64,000 nt of DNA from an uncultured Candidatus Rokubacteria bacterium (GCA_963805625.1 CAWDVE010000021.1:160001-224000), one strand, 5' to 3'. Positions 1 to 13,546 are shown, numbered from the stretch's first letter. Numbers and translations are program-made. Notes: generated from the sequence alone by a model not told the origin.

Positions 1-1089
1 GGCCAGGTAGTCGCCCACCACCTCGGGTGTGTGCACGCCGAGGAAGATCGCCCCGGCGTGCCGGACCGCCGGGAGCCAGGCGAAGGGGTCAGCGACCGCG
101 AGTTCGAGATGCTCCGGCGCCAGGCGGTTGGCGATCGCCAGCGCCTCGTCGAGGTCCCGCGTTACTACCACGGCCCCGTGGCTCCGGATGGCGGCCTCCG
201 CGATGGCCGCCCGGGGCAGGCCCCGGCACTGCCGACCGACCGCGGCCACGACGCGCGCGCCGAGCGCGGCGTCGTCGGTCAGACACACGGCCCGCGCCAT
301 CGGGTCGTGCTCGGCCTGGGCGAGGAGGTCCGCGGCCACGTGGGCCGCCTCCGCCGTCTGGTCCGCGACCACGACGACCTCGCTCGGGCCAGCGACCAGA
401 TCGATGCCGACATCGCCGAAGACGAGGCGCTTGGCGAGCGCGACGTACAGGTTCCCCGGCCCGACGATCTTGTCGACGGCGGGGACGGTCGCCGTCCCAT
501 ACGCGAGTGCGGCCACGGCCTGGGCGCCACCCACCCGGTAGACCTCGGTCGCCCCCGCGAGGCGGGCCGCGGCCAGTACCGCCGCCGGCACGCGCCCCTC
601 CCCGCCCGGCGGCGAGACCACCACGAGATCGCGCACGCCCGCCACGCGGGCGGGGATCAGGTTCATCAGCACGGTGGACGGGTAGGCCGCGGTCCCGCCG
701 GGGACGTAGCACCCCACCCGGTCGAGCGGTGTTACCTGCTGGCCGAGCAGTGAGCCGTGCTCGTCCCGTACCCACCAGGAGCGGGGCAGCTGATGGCGGT
801 GGAACGCCTCGATCCGGCGAGCTGCCTCGGCGAGGGCCGCCTGGAACCGGGGGGGAACTGTCGCGGTCTCCCACTCGTCCTCAGAGACCCGGAGCTCCTC
901 GGGGCGCAACTCCACCCCGTCGAAGCGCTTCGTGAAGTCGAGCAGCGCGGCATCGCCGCGCCGCCTCACCTCATCGACGATCGCCGCGACCCGCGCGACG
1001 GCGTCCGGGTCGGTCGCCGCGTGCGGCCGGGCGAGCGCCGCCACGACCCCGTCGGGCGACAGCTCCACCGTCTGGAGGAGGCGGATCAC
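1..1089 (-). CDS. hisD: histidinol dehydrogenase (partial, runs off window start)
   Basis: GTG at 1089 overlaps the hisG stop. Minus-frame translation near the window start reads HAGAIFLGVHTPEVVGDYLA, a typical HisD segment. Follows hisG. Confidence 0.95.
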   Translation of the reverse strand, partial: MIRLLQTVELSPDGVVAALARPHAATDPDAVARVAAIVDEVRRRGDAALLDFTKRFDGVELRPEELRVSEDEWETATVPPRFQAALAEAARRIEAFHRHQLPRSWWVRDEHGSLLGQQVTPLDRVGCYVPGGTAAYPSTVLMNLIPARVAGVRDLVVVSPPGGEGRVPAAVLAAARLAGATEVYRVGGAQAVAALAYGTATVPAVDKIVGPGNLYVALAKRLVFGDVGIDLVAGPSEVVVVADQTAEAAHVAADLLAQAEHDPMARAVCLTDDAALGARVVAAVGRQCRGLPRAAIAEAAIRSHGAVVVTRDLDEALAIANRLAPEHLELAVADPFAWLPAVRHAGAIFLGVHTPEVVGDYLA

Positions 1090-1757
1090 GGAAGGACCCC
1101 GGCGCGCAGCTCGTCCAACAGCCGGCCGACGGCGCGGTGCGCCGTCTTCTGCGCGGCGCGGTTCACGATCAGCCGCGCCGTGGACTGCAGAATCTCGGCG
1201 ACCTCGACCAGTCCATTGGCCCGGAGCGTCTCTCCCGACTGGACGAGGTCCACGATGCGCTCGGCGAGCCCCACGAGGGGCGCCAGCTCGATCGAGCCGT
1301 CGAGCCGGACCACCTCGACCTGGATGCCCCGCTCGGCGAAGTACCGCCGCGTGAGGTTAGGGTACTTGGTCGCGACGCGCACCCAGGACCATTTCGCTGG
1401 GTCGTCGCGCTCCCAGAGCTCCCGAGGCTCCGCGACCACCAGCCGGCACACGCCGAACCCCAGGTCGAGCGGCTCGTAGACGTCCGGCTCCTGCTCGAGC
1501 AGGACGTCCTTGCCGACGATCCCAGCGTCGGCCGCCCCGTGCTCGACGTACGTCGGCACGTCGAGGGGCTTCAGGATCAAGAGGCGGAGCCGCCCCGTCG
1601 GGTCCGTGAACAGAAGCCGACGGCTGTCATCCTCGGGCAGCCCCCGGAAGCCGGCCCGCCGGAGAAGGTCGAGCGCCGGCCGGAGCAGGCGGCCCTTCGG
1701 CAGGGCCAGGGTCAGCGGGCGCCCATTCCCGGTCACGGTGGCCGCCTTCCACTCCAC
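1086..1757 (-). CDS. hisG: ATP phosphoribosyltransferase, short form (needs HisZ)
   Basis: LALPKGRL, DVPTYVEHGAADAGIVGKDVL, RVATKYPN, GSIELAP and DLVQSGETL motifs; 223 aa with no C-terminal regulatory domain. Confidence 0.96.
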   Translation of the reverse strand: MEWKAATVTGNGRPLTLALPKGRLLRPALDLLRRAGFRGLPEDDSRRLLFTDPTGRLRLLILKPLDVPTYVEHGAADAGIVGKDVLLEQEPDVYEPLDLGFGVCRLVVAEPRELWERDDPAKWSWVRVATKYPNLTRRYFAERGIQVEVVRLDGSIELAPLVGLAERIVDLVQSGETLRANGLVEVAEILQSTARLIVNRAAQKTAHRAVGRLLDELRAGVLP

Positions 1758-1760
1758 GCG

Positions 1761-3014
1761 TCACCGCTCCCGGCGGATCCGCGCCCCAAGCGCGGCGAGC
1801 TTCTGCTCCATCCCCTCATAGCCGCGGTCGAGGTGGTAGACGCGCGATACCTCCGTGGTGCCCGTGGCCGCCAAACCCCCGAGCACCAGTGAGGCCGAGG
1901 CGCGGAGGTCAGTCGCCATGACCGGCGCGCCCTGGTAGCTCGGCACCCCCCGGATCACGGCGCGGCTTCCCTCGATCTCGATCGACGCCCCGAGGCGTCT
2001 GAGCTCCGCCGCGTGCTGAAAGCGGTTCTCGAAGATCGTCTCGGTAATCACGCTCGAACCCTCGGCCAGCCCCAGGAGAGTCATCATCTGGGCCTGCATG
2101 TCGGTCGCGAACCCCGGGAACGGGTTGGTCACGATGTCGGTCGCCCGGGGCCGGTCCTCCGCGCGGATCCGGATGCGATCAACGCCGACCTCCACCTGCG
2201 CGCCCGTTGCCTCGAGCTTGTCGAGGACGGCGCTCAGATGGGCCGGCACCACGTCCCGGACGGTGACGTCCCCCAAGGTGATGGCCCCGGCCACCAGGAA
2301 GGTGCCCGCCTCCACGCGGTCCGGGATGATCCGGTGCCGCGCGCCGCCAAGCTCGGGCACGCCCTCGATCTCGATGCGCTCGGTCCCGGCGCCATGGATC
2401 CGCGCGCCCATCGCCGTGAGCAGGCGGGCTAGGTCCGGGATCTCGGGCTCCCGCGCCGCGTTCTCGAGGATGGTGGTGCCCTCCGCGAGGGCAGCGGCCA
2501 TCATGAGGTTCTCGGTACCGGTCACGGTCACGAGGTCGAACACGATCCGCGCCCCCTTGAGCCGCGCCGCCCGGGCCTCCACGTAGCCCTGGGCGAGCGT
2601 GACCTCGGCGCCGAGGCGCTCGAGCCCCTTGAGGTGGAGATCGATCGGCCGAGCCCCGATCGCGCAGCCGCCGGGCATCGAGACGCGCGCACGGCCGGCA
2701 CGGGCCAGGAGCGGCCCGAGCACGAGCACGGACGCCCGCATGGTCGAGACCAGCCCGTACGGGGCCTCGACGGATCGGAGCGCGGGCGTCCGCGCGACCG
2801 TCGATCCGTCACGCTCCTCGATCTCGGTGCCGAGACCCTGGAGCAAGGCCCGGATGGTGGTGATATCAGCCAGGCGGGGGACGTTCTCGAGCACGACGGG
2901 TTCCGCCGAGAGAAGCGACGCGGCCAAAAGCGGCAGGGCCGCATTCTTCGCCGCGCTGACGCGAACCTCCCCGCGGAGGGGGATGCCGCCCTCGATGACG
3001 AGCCGGGCCGCCAC
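1761..3014 (-). CDS. murA: UDP-N-acetylglucosamine 1-carboxyvinyltransferase
   Basis: [29 protein letters not shown] (catalytic Cys), [17 protein letters not shown]. Confidence 0.98.
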   Translation of the reverse strand: MAARLVIEGGIPLRGEVRVSAAKNAALPLLAASLLSAEPVVLENVPRLADITTIRALLQGLGTEIEERDGSTVARTPALRSVEAPYGLVSTMRASVLVLGPLLARAGRARVSMPGGCAIGARPIDLHLKGLERLGAEVTLAQGYVEARAARLKGARIVFDLVTVTGTENLMMAAALAEGTTILENAAREPEIPDLARLLTAMGARIHGAGTERIEIEGVPELGGARHRIIPDRVEAGTFLVAGAITLGDVTVRDVVPAHLSAVLDKLEATGAQVEVGVDRIRIRAEDRPRATDIVTNPFPGFATDMQAQMMTLLGLAEGSSVITETIFENRFQHAAELRRLGASIEIEGSRAVIRGVPSYQGAPVMATDLRASASLVLGGLAATGTTEVSRVYHLDRGYEGMEQKLAALGARIRRER

Positions 3015-3910
3015 CTAGCGCCTCCGCGCCTCGAGCACGCGCTCGCACCCGCGGAAGTCCCGGTGCACGAGGGCCTCCGCGTACCGCCCGTCCGCCTCAA
3101 TGAGCGCGCGCGCTGCCGGCCCCTGTTCCTCGCCGATCTCCGCGACGAGCCCACCCCCCGGGCGAAGCCACTCGGGGGCCTGGGCGAGCAGCCGGCGAAT
3201 GACCGCGAGTCCGTCCGGGCCGCCGTCGAGCGCCTCCCGTGGCTCCCAGTCGCGGACCTCGATGGGCAGAGCCGGCAGGATGGGCGTGGCGAGATAGGGC
3301 GGGTTGGCCACGACGAGGTCCGCGGCGCCCACGGGCACGGAGCCCCGGAGCGGCCCGAAGAGATCGCCCTCGCGCACCCGGACGCGCCCATCGAGACCGA
3401 GCCGCCGCACGTTACCCCGGGCGCAGTCGGCCGCCAGCGCTGCCCGCTCGATGGCCCAGACCGTCCAGCCGGGCCGACGCGCGCCGAGAGCGCACGCAAC
3501 CGCGCCCGAGCCGGTACAGAGGTCGAGGACCGTGGCCCTCTCCGGCGGACCGAGGGCCAGCGCCCGGTCGACGAGCGCCTCGGTCTCAGGGCGCGGGATG
3601 AACACGCCAGCACCGAGCTCCAGCACGAGCCCGCAGAACTCCGCCTCGCCCAGGAGATACTGGAGGGGCTCATGGCTCGCGCGCCGCGCCACGAGCGTTT
3701 CGAACACCGCGCCCTCGGGGCCGGTCACCGACGCCTGGCCGCTCGTGTACAGACCGAGCCGCGTCGTTCCGAGCGCCCGGGCCAGGAGCACCTCGGCGTC
3801 CTGTCGGGCGGTCTCGAGCCCGGCCGCGGCAAGGCGGTCGCCGGCGACCCGGAGGGCGTTAGCCACGGTTGGGGCCACGGTCGGCCCGGGGGTGGCGACG
3901 ACGGCGGGCG

Positions 3911-3914
<4 letters not shown>
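3015..3914 (-). CDS. prmC: release factor glutamine methyltransferase
   Basis: [36 protein letters not shown]; directly after prfA. Confidence 0.96.
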
Positions 3915-4984
<1,070 letters not shown>

Positions 4985-5046
4985 GATCCGCGCTCAGGCC
5001 CTCGGGGCTCGCGTGCCCGGGCCTGGCCCCGCGCCGAGGGCGGCGG

Positions 5047-5253
5047 CTAGCGCTTCCGGTTGGCGTACTTCTTCTGGAAGCGCTCGACGCGCCCGGCCGT
5101 GTCCACCAGCTTTTGCTTGCCGGTGAAGAACGGATGGCACTTCGAGCAGATCTCCACCCGGATGTTCGCGCTGGTGGAGCGGGTGTGGATGACCTCGCCG
5201 CAGGCGCAGGTGATGGTCGTCTCGACATACTCGGGATGGATACCGGCCTTCAC
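5047..5253 (-). CDS. rpmE: 50S ribosomal protein L31 (zinc-binding type)
   Basis: MKAGIHPEY...CACG...[27 protein letters not shown] at 5253 follows a GGGGAGG RBS. Confidence 0.97.
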   Translation of the reverse strand: MKAGIHPEYVETTITCACGEVIHTRSTSANIRVEICSKCHPFFTGKQKLVDTAGRVERFQKKYANRKR

Positions 5254-5425
5254 GGAAAGTCCTCCCCACACAAGCGAAAATGAGTGCTGGACTAGCCTAC
5301 CACACGCCGCAACACCCCAGCAAGGAGCGGGGGGTCACCGCCGGCGCCCCGGATCAAGGGCGCCCGACCGCCCCGCCAAGGGGCCGGGGAGGGTGAGGGC
5401 CGGCCGATGGCGTGAGGTCCCCGCC

Positions 5426-6838
<1,413 letters not shown>

Positions 6839-6918
6839 GGCTGTGAATCGCTCCTTTGAGGTGCGGTGTGGCGAGGACCGTCAGGGGATCGCGCGCGCGG
6901 TAGCGTCACGCTCAGTCA

Positions 6919-6948
6919 TCTATAGCACCGGCGGCGGGGCCCTGTCAA
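6919..6948 (-). promoter_or_regulatory. putative sigma-70 promoter for rho
   Basis: Minus strand TTGACA-N18-TATAGA with a TG extension. Confidence 0.55.
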
Positions 6949-6980
6949 CCAACGGGCCCGTGCGGTAGTGGCCGTCCGCC

Positions 6981-8003
6981 TCACAGACGGATCGCGATCA
7001 GCGCCCGTCGCCGGAGGCCTTCCAGCCACTCGTCGAACCGCTCCTGCGCCTTCTTCTGGAGGAGCAGGTCGCGCCCCTGCTGTCGCGCGTCCGCGAGCCT
7101 GTCCGCCGTCAGCTCCTCGCGGTCGTCGAGCTTGAACAGGTGATAGGCGGCGCCCGACCGGATCGGGGCGGTCACCTGCCCCTTCTGGAGTGCCAGGAGC
7201 GGCTGCTCGAAAACCGCATCCAGCTCGCCTCGGGCCAGCCAGCCGAGATCGCCGCCCGTCGGGTCCTTGGCGCGGGTCCGCGCCAGCTCGGCGAAGTCGG
7301 CGCCACCCGCCAGCGCGACCGAGATGCTCTCGATCTCCCCCTTCGCCTGCTCCCAGGCCCCAGGCGAGCTCGTCGCTTCGACCGTGATAGCCATGTGGAA
7401 CGCGTGGTACTTCAATCCGGCCTCGAACTTGTCCCGGTTCTGGGCGAGGTACTGGTCGACCTCGGCCTCCGTGACCGTGGACCGGCGGACCACGCGGCGG
7501 CTGCGGACTCGCTGGGCGAGGAGCTGCTCGCGCATCTCGCGCCGCAGCGCCTCCCAGGTCACGCCCTGCACCTGGAGCTGCGCCTCGAACTTCTCCCGGT
7601 CGCCGCCGTTCCGCTTCACGACGTCGTCGACGGCCGCGCGCAGCTCGTCGTCCGTAATCTCGATCTTGTCGCGCTTGGCTTCCTGGACCTGGAGCCGGTG
7701 GTCGACCAGCCGGTTCAGCATCGTCCGCTCGAGTTCGGCGCTGTCGGGCACGCTCCGGCCGTCGCGGCGGGAGAGGATGATCGCCTCCTGCAGATCAGAC
7801 ATCATGACGACGTCATCGTTGACCACGGCCACCACCCGATCGATCACGACCTGGTTCTCCCGGAGCGGCGGCGGCTCCCCGACGCCCACCAGGACGCCGC
7901 CGCTCCCCGAGGGCACGGGCGGGAGCGGCCCCGCCGGCGCCCTGCACGCGCCGAGCGCTCCCGCCACCACGAGCCCCACGAGCGCGAGCCGCGCCCTGTT
8001 CAT
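6981..8003 (-). CDS. surA: SurA/PrsA-like parvulin peptidyl-prolyl isomerase, probable lipoprotein
   Basis: Lipobox ALGAC; IDRVVAVVNDDVV (SurA N-domain); DFAELA, GGDLGW and YHLFKL parvulin motifs. Confidence 0.82.
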   Translation of the reverse strand: MNRARLALVGLVVAGALGACRAPAGPLPPVPSGSGGVLVGVGEPPPLRENQVVIDRVVAVVNDDVVMMSDLQEAIILSRRDGRSVPDSAELERTMLNRLVDHRLQVQEAKRDKIEITDDELRAAVDDVVKRNGGDREKFEAQLQVQGVTWEALRREMREQLLAQRVRSRRVVRRSTVTEAEVDQYLAQNRDKFEAGLKYHAFHMAITVEATSSPGAWEQAKGEIESISVALAGGADFAELARTRAKDPTGGDLGWLARGELDAVFEQPLLALQKGQVTAPIRSGAAYHLFKLDDREELTADRLADARQQGRDLLLQKKAQERFDEWLEGLRRRALIAIRL

Positions 8004-11000
8004 CGGCGTGCCTCCGTCGGTCCTCGGAACTCGCCGAGGAGCCGGGTGAGGGTCTGGAAGGTCTCCGGCCAGGGCCCTCGGGCGACCGTGGCCTCGAGCA
8101 CGAACTCCCGCACGGTCCGGAGGCGGCGCCCGTGGAGCCGCAGCAGGTCGACGATCCGCTGGGGCGGCACCGGCGTGCTCGGCGCGAACGTGAGGAGCGC
8201 ATGGCCCCCGCGCACCTCGAGCCGCTCCAGACGAAGGGCCTTGGCGTCGAGCCGGAGCGCCACGACGTCGAGGAGCCGCGCGGCCGCCTCGGGAAGCGAA
8301 CCGAACCGATCCCTGAGCTCCCGCCGGATCTCCTCGATCTCGGCCGCGGTCCCGATGCCCGCGAGCCGCTTGTAGAGCGCGAGCCGCTGCGCGGGCTCGG
8401 CGACGTAGTCCTCGGGCAGGTAGGCGGCGGCGTCCACGGTGACGACGGGATCGACCTCGTCCTCGACGGGGTCCCCGCGAAGCTCCCGCACAGCTTCCTC
8501 CAGGAGCTTCAGGTAGAGATCGAAGCCGACCATCTCGATCTGCCCGTGCTGCTGGGCGCCGAGCAAGTTCCCCGCCCCCCGGATCTCCATGTCGCGGAGC
8601 GCGATCTTCAGCCCCGAGCCGAGCGCCGTGAGCTCCTGGACCACCCGGAGCCGCTTGGCCGCCGTCTCGTCGACGCGACCGTCGGCGGGGATGAGGAGAT
8701 ACGCGTAGGCCTGGAGGCGGTCGCGACCCACCCGGCCGCGGAGCTGGTAGAGCTGCGCGAGGCCGAGCCGGTCCGCACGGTTGATGATGATCGTGTTCGA
8801 CGCCGGGATGTCGAGCCCCGACTCGATGATGGCCGTGGCCACGAGCACATCGTACGCGCCGCCCACGTAATCGAGCATGGTTCGTTCGAGGGTCGTCTCG
8901 CGCAGCTGGCCGTGGGCCATCGCGATCCGCGCCCGAGGAACGAGCCGCTCGATGAAGCGCACGAGCGCCGGCAGGGACTGGATCCGGTTGTGGACCACGA
9001 AGACCTGCCCGCCCCGGCCCAGCTCGCGCTCGATCGCCTCCTTGATCACCCGGGCGTCGAACCGGCAGACGATCGTTTCGACCGCGAGGCGGTCCGCGGG
9101 TGGCGACTCGATCACCGACAGATCGCGGATCCCCGCCATCGCCATCGACAGGGTCCGGGGAATGGGGGTCGCCGTCAGCGTGAGCACGTGGACGGACTTC
9201 CGGAGCTGCTTGAGGCGTTCCTTGTGCCCGACGCCGAACCGGTGCTCCTCGTCCACGACTAGGAGGCCGAGGTCCTTGAAGACGACGTCCTTGGAGAGGA
9301 GCCGGTGGGTGCCGATGACGACGTCCACCGTCCCCGCGGCCAGCCCGGCGAGGACCGCCTTCTGCTGGACAGCCGACCGGAAGCGGGAGAGCATCTCGAC
9401 CCGCACCGGGTAGGGCCCGAAGCGCTCGCGGAACGTGTTCCAGTGCTGCTCGGCGAGGATGGTGGTGGGCACGAGGACCGCCACCTGGTGCCCGTCCAGG
9501 GCGACCTTGAGGGCCGCGCGCATCGCGACCTCGGTCTTGCCGTAGCCCACGTCGCCGCAGACGAGGCGGTCCATCGGCTGGCGCCGTTCGAGATCCGCCT
9601 TCACCTGGCGAATCGACTCGAGCTGGTCCGGCGTTTCCTCGAACGGGAACGCCGCTTCGAACTCATGCTGCCAGGGTGTGTCGGGGGCGACCGCGAGCCC
9701 CTCGACGACCTGGCGCTCGGCATAGAGGCGCAGAAGCTCCTGCGCCATCTCCCGGAGGGAAGCCCGCACCGACTCCTTCGTCCGCTGCCAGGTCGTGGCC
9801 CCGAGCTTGTCGAGCCGCGGCACCTCGTTGCCGGAGCCCGTGTACTTGGTGACAGCGGCCATCCGCTGAACCGGGAGATAGAGACGCGCGCCCTCGGCGT
9901 ACTCGAGCAGGAGGTAGTCCGCCGGCTGGCCGTCGACCGCGAGGGTCACGAGGCCCGCGTACCGGCCGATCCCGTGCTCGATGTGAACGACCAAGTCTCC
10001 CGGCGCGAGGTCCGTGAACGCGGCGATCGCGGCGCCACGCTGGTAGGTCGGGCGGCGGCGCATCGTGCGCCGGTGCCCGAAGAGCTCGGTCTCCGTGAGG
10101 CAGACGAGACCGAGCCCGGGGCACTCGAACCCGACGTGGGCACCTCCCACCAGGACGGCGAGGGGCTCCGGTCCGAGCAGCGCCGAGACGACGGGCACCT
10201 CGTGCTCGAGATCCCGGAGGATCTCCTGGAGGCGGTCCGCGGTCTTCGGATCGGGCGCGAGGAGCCGCACCCGGAAGCCTTCGGCCCGCCAGGCGCCGAG
10301 CGCCGGCTCGAGCCGGCGGAGCTGGCCGCGCACGCCTTCGATCGAGCGGGTCTCGAGGCGGTACGCATCGGGGGCGTCGGTCAGGAGCACGCCGCAGTCG
10401 ACGCGCGGCCGCGACTCGAGCGTCTCGAGCGCGGCGGCCTCCGGCGCGCCGGGCGCGAGGAGCGCCGGATCCGCCACCGCCACCGGCGCGTCGGCCGGCA
10501 GGTAGTGCCCGAGCCGGGCCTCCGCCTCGGCCTCGCCGGCCAGCATCGGAAGGACCAGGAGCGTCGCGACCGCCCCCGTTGACCGCTGGGTGGTGGGATC
10601 GAACGTCCGGAGTGATTCGACGTCGTCCCCGACCAGCTCGAGTCGCACCGGCAGCGACCCCGCCGGCGAGAAGACGTCGACGATCCCGCCCCGGAGCGCC
10701 CACTGCCCGACGCCCGTCACGGTCTCCACCCGCTCGTAGCCAGCGGCCTGGAGGTGCTCGACCAGCGCCTCCCGGTCGACGCTGTCGCCGGTCCCAAGTG
10801 TCAGGACCTGACGCCGGAAGGCGGCCGGGGTCGGGAGCGGCGCCTCGAGACCGCGGGCGGGCACGATCACCCACAAGGGCTCCCCGCGAAGTAGGCGGCC
10901 CAGGATTCCCGCGCGGCCCGCGTCCTCTTCGCGCACGCCCGCATCGCGCCAGAGGGCGGCGTGAGGCACCGGCATCAGGACGACCTCGCCCGGCGCCTTC

Positions 11001-11260
11001 CGGCCGAGCGCTCCGGCGAAGGCACGGAGGTCGTCGAGGGTACGGAGTGCGGTCGGCTCGTCCGCCACGACCACAACCGCCGGGCGGCTCGGCGTGAGGA
11101 GCGCTGCCAGGGCGAGGGACGTCGCCGAGCCCCACAGGCCGTCGAGCTGGATCCGCCCCGTCGCGCGCCCGAGGGCCGCCCGCGCCCGGGCGAGGTCGCC
11201 CCAGGCGTCCAGGGTGGGGAGGCTCGCCGTGACGAGCGTCGCGGTGGAGCCGTTGCTCAC
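8000..11260 (-). CDS. mfd: transcription-repair coupling factor
   Basis: RGGIVDVF, GDLVVHIEHGIGRY, DRLVCGDVGYGKTEVA, DEEHRFG, QLRGRVGR, RGAGNLLG. GTG start at 11260 overlaps the rex stop. Confidence 0.97.
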   Translation of the reverse strand: MSNGSTATLVTASLPTLDAWGDLARARAALGRATGRIQLDGLWGSATSLALAALLTPSRPAVVVVADEPTALRTLDDLRAFAGALGRKAPGEVVLMPVPHAALWRDAGVREEDAGRAGILGRLLRGEPLWVIVPARGLEAPLPTPAAFRRQVLTLGTGDSVDREALVEHLQAAGYERVETVTGVGQWALRGGIVDVFSPAGSLPVRLELVGDDVESLRTFDPTTQRSTGAVATLLVLPMLAGEAEAEARLGHYLPADAPVAVADPALLAPGAPEAAALETLESRPRVDCGVLLTDAPDAYRLETRSIEGVRGQLRRLEPALGAWRAEGFRVRLLAPDPKTADRLQEILRDLEHEVPVVSALLGPEPLAVLVGGAHVGFECPGLGLVCLTETELFGHRRTMRRRPTYQRGAAIAAFTDLAPGDLVVHIEHGIGRYAGLVTLAVDGQPADYLLLEYAEGARLYLPVQRMAAVTKYTGSGNEVPRLDKLGATTWQRTKESVRASLREMAQELLRLYAERQVVEGLAVAPDTPWQHEFEAAFPFEETPDQLESIRQVKADLERRQPMDRLVCGDVGYGKTEVAMRAALKVALDGHQVAVLVPTTILAEQHWNTFRERFGPYPVRVEMLSRFRSAVQQKAVLAGLAAGTVDVVIGTHRLLSKDVVFKDLGLLVVDEEHRFGVGHKERLKQLRKSVHVLTLTATPIPRTLSMAMAGIRDLSVIESPPADRLAVETIVCRFDARVIKEAIERELGRGGQVFVVHNRIQSLPALVRFIERLVPRARIAMAHGQLRETTLERTMLDYVGGAYDVLVATAIIESGLDIPASNTIIINRADRLGLAQLYQLRGRVGRDRLQAYAYLLIPADGRVDETAAKRLRVVQELTALGSGLKIALRDMEIRGAGNLLGAQQHGQIEMVGFDLYLKLLEEAVRELRGDPVEDEVDPVVTVDAAAYLPEDYVAEPAQRLALYKRLAGIGTAAEIEEIRRELRDRFGSLPEAAARLLDVVALRLDAKALRLERLEVRGGHALLTFAPSTPVPPQRIVDLLRLHGRRLRTVREFVLEATVARGPWPETFQTLTRLLGEFRGPTEARR

Positions 11261-11904
11261 CGCAGCGCCTGCCCCAGGTGGAAGGACAGGTTCTCCAGCT
11301 CGATCGACAGGTCGACGTTCTGGAGACGCACGTCTTTCGGGACCTTGACGCGGCTCGGGGCGAAGTTGAGGATCGCCCGGACACCGGCCGCGACCAGCCG
11401 GTCCGCGACGCCCTGGGCCGCCTCGGCGGGCACCGCGACGACCCCGATCTGGATCGCCTGGCCCTTCACGACGCGCGGCAGCTCGGCGAGCGCCTGGATC
11501 GCGAGCCCGTTCACCGCGCGCCCGACCTTGGCTGGGTCGTCGTCGACGATGGCCGCGATCCGGAAGCCCTGCCGGGCAAAGCCGCGGTAGTGGAAAAGCG
11601 CGGACCCGAGGTTGCCGAACCCGACCAGCACGACCCGCCACTCACGGTCGAGTCCGAGGATCCGCTGGATCTCCGCCCGGAGGTTCGTCGTGTCGTAGCC
11701 GATCCCCCGGATGCCGAACTCCCCGAAGTAGGCGAGGTCCTTCCGGACCTGGGCCGAGTTCAGGTGAAAGCGCGCGGCGAGCTCCTGCGACGAGATGGTC
11801 TTGACGCCGTCCTCCTCGAGCTGCGCCAGGCAGCGGAAGTAGACGGACAGGCGCCGCACGGTCATCTCGGGGATGCGGGGCAGGCGACCTCCGGAACGCG
11901 GCAT
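11257..11904 (-). CDS. rex: redox-sensing transcriptional repressor Rex
   Basis: IPEMTVRRLSVY, ISSQELA, QVRKDLAYFGEFGIRGIGY, GFGNLG, ILNFAP. Confidence 0.97.
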   Translation of the reverse strand: MPRSGGRLPRIPEMTVRRLSVYFRCLAQLEEDGVKTISSQELAARFHLNSAQVRKDLAYFGEFGIRGIGYDTTNLRAEIQRILGLDREWRVVLVGFGNLGSALFHYRGFARQGFRIAAIVDDDPAKVGRAVNGLAIQALAELPRVVKGQAIQIGVVAVPAEAAQGVADRLVAAGVRAILNFAPSRVKVPKDVRLQNVDLSIELENLSFHLGQALR

Positions 11905-11963
11905 GCCTTAGGCCACGACCGGCCGGACGGACGGCGTGGAGCCGCCCGCCCGACCCGCCGCCT

Positions 11964-12287
11964 TTACTTGAACGGGTTCGCGAAGAGCAGGATGATCGCG
12001 ATGACCAGGGTGTAGATCGCCAGCGACTCGATGAGCGCCAGACCGATGATCATCGCGGTCTGGATGCGGGCCGCCGCGCCAGGCTGGCGCGCGATGCCCT
12101 CCAGCGCCGCGGCGATCGCCCGCGCCTGACCGAGGCCGCAGAGACCGGCCGCCAGGGCCATCCCGATGCCCGCCGCGATGACCGTGAACGGCCCGACCCA
12201 GGATCCCGTCGCCGCGGCGTCCGCCGCGTAGGCAACACCCTCGGCGAGGCTCAGTGACAGCCCCAGAAGCATGAGAGCGATACGCAC
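11964..12287 (-). CDS. atpE: F0F1 ATP synthase subunit c, with signal-like N-terminal extension
   Basis: GLGQ..., ARQP loop, IESLAIY carrying the ion-binding Glu. Confidence 0.96.
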   Translation of the reverse strand: MRIALMLLGLSLSLAEGVAYAADAAATGSWVGPFTVIAAGIGMALAAGLCGLGQARAIAAALEGIARQPGAAARIQTAMIIGLALIESLAIYTLVIAIILLFANPFK

Positions 12288-12342
12288 CTTCTCTCCTCCT
12301 TCCCCGTCCCGCCCGGGCCCCCGGGCCGTCTCGGGGGCGGTG

Positions 12343-13173
12343 TTAGTGATGGGCGGGTGCCGTGGCCTCCTGGCCGCCGTGTCCCGCGTAATCGCCGTGG
12401 CCCCCCGGAGCCCCGTGCCCGGACTCCGAGCCGTGCTCGGCCTCGAGGGCGCCCGCGATGTAGAGCATCGAGAGCATGCAGAAGATGAACGCCTGCAGGA
12501 ACGCCACCAGGAGCTTCAACGGGAACAGGAAGCCGACGGTGAACAGGATCGTCGCGACCGTCCCCACGCCGCCGATCACGAGACCGATCACGCCCGACGC
12601 GCTCGAGAGCGCCCATGTCGAGAGCCCCACGGTCATGAAGAAAACGATCGAGAGCAGGATGTGCCCCCCGAGCATGTTACCGAAGAGCCGGAGCGTGAGC
12701 GAGAGCGGCCGCGCGAGATGGCTGATCAGTTCGATCGGGACCATGAGCGGCGCCAGCGCCGGCATGGGGCCGGCGAAGTGCTTGAGGTAGGCTCCCAGCC
12801 CGTGCGCCCGGATCCCGATCCAGTGATACGAGAAGAACACCACGAGGGCACACGCCAGGTTGGTATTGACGTTGTCGGTGGGCGCCGTGAAGCCGGGAAC
12901 GAGCCCCAGGAGGTTCGAGGCAAAGATGAAGAGACCGAGCGTCGCGATCAGCGGGAGGAACCGCCGCCCCGCCGGCCCGATCACGTCGTCGATCAGCGCG
13001 AGCACGAACTCGAGGACCGCCTCCGCCGCATTCTGGACGCCCCGCGGCACGAGCGCCGGCCGCCGCGGCACGAGGTACGCGACGCCGATGAGGATCGCCA
13101 TCACCAGCCACGCGAAGACCACGTGATGCGGGAGACCGAACGTGTTGAAGACGGGGGGCTCGAGCGCGTGCAC
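12343..13173 (-). CDS. atpB: F0F1 ATP synthase subunit a
   Basis: [39 protein letters not shown]. Confidence 0.97.
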   Translation of the reverse strand: MHALEPPVFNTFGLPHHVVFAWLVMAILIGVAYLVPRRPALVPRGVQNAAEAVLEFVLALIDDVIGPAGRRFLPLIATLGLFIFASNLLGLVPGFTAPTDNVNTNLACALVVFFSYHWIGIRAHGLGAYLKHFAGPMPALAPLMVPIELISHLARPLSLTLRLFGNMLGGHILLSIVFFMTVGLSTWALSSASGVIGLVIGGVGTVATILFTVGFLFPLKLLVAFLQAFIFCMLSMLYIAGALEAEHGSESGHGAPGGHGDYAGHGGQEATAPAHH

Positions 13174-13180
13174 CGGCGCC

Positions 13181-13546
13181 TCAGGCGACCCGCGCGGCCC
13201 GGAGGCCCGCCAGGATCACGGCCACCGGAACGAGGGTCAGCGACAGGAGGAGACCCGGGAGGCCGACCCCGGTCTGGGTGACGGCGAGGCCCGCGACGCA
13301 CCCGAGCGCCCCCAGACGGAGCCCGCTGGCCCCGATCCAGACGGGGCGCGAGGTCGCGCCCCCGGCCAGGGCGCGCTCCGCGGCCCAGGTGAGCCCCCCG
13401 AAGTTCAGCAGGGTCAAGGCACTGCCGAGCAGGGCGCCCATGGCGTCCGCGGGTCCGCGCAGGAGCGCGCACGCGCCGGCGAGCCCGAGCCCCAGCAGCC
13501 CGGCGACGAGCCAGACCCCACGGCCAAGATCAGTCGGAGCGGTCAC
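13181..13546 (-). CDS. atpI: ATP synthase protein I-like membrane protein
   Basis: About 120 aa, four hydrophobic segments, GSALTLLNF motif, immediately upstream of atpB. Confidence 0.75.
   Translation of the reverse strand: MTAPTDLGRGVWLVAGLLGLGLAGACALLRGPADAMGALLGSALTLLNFGGLTWAAERALAGGATSRPVWIGASGLRLGALGCVAGLAVTQTGVGLPGLLLSLTLVPVAVILAGLRAARVA

Noticed and set aside
8000-11641. Apparent N-terminal extensions or fusions in the ORF track (mfd 1213 aa, binding protein 809 aa, nuoN 926 aa, tsaD 649 aa, lspA 567 aa)
   Set aside because: The extensions are off-frame reads through the upstream gene; better starts with an RBS or stop/start overlap exist.
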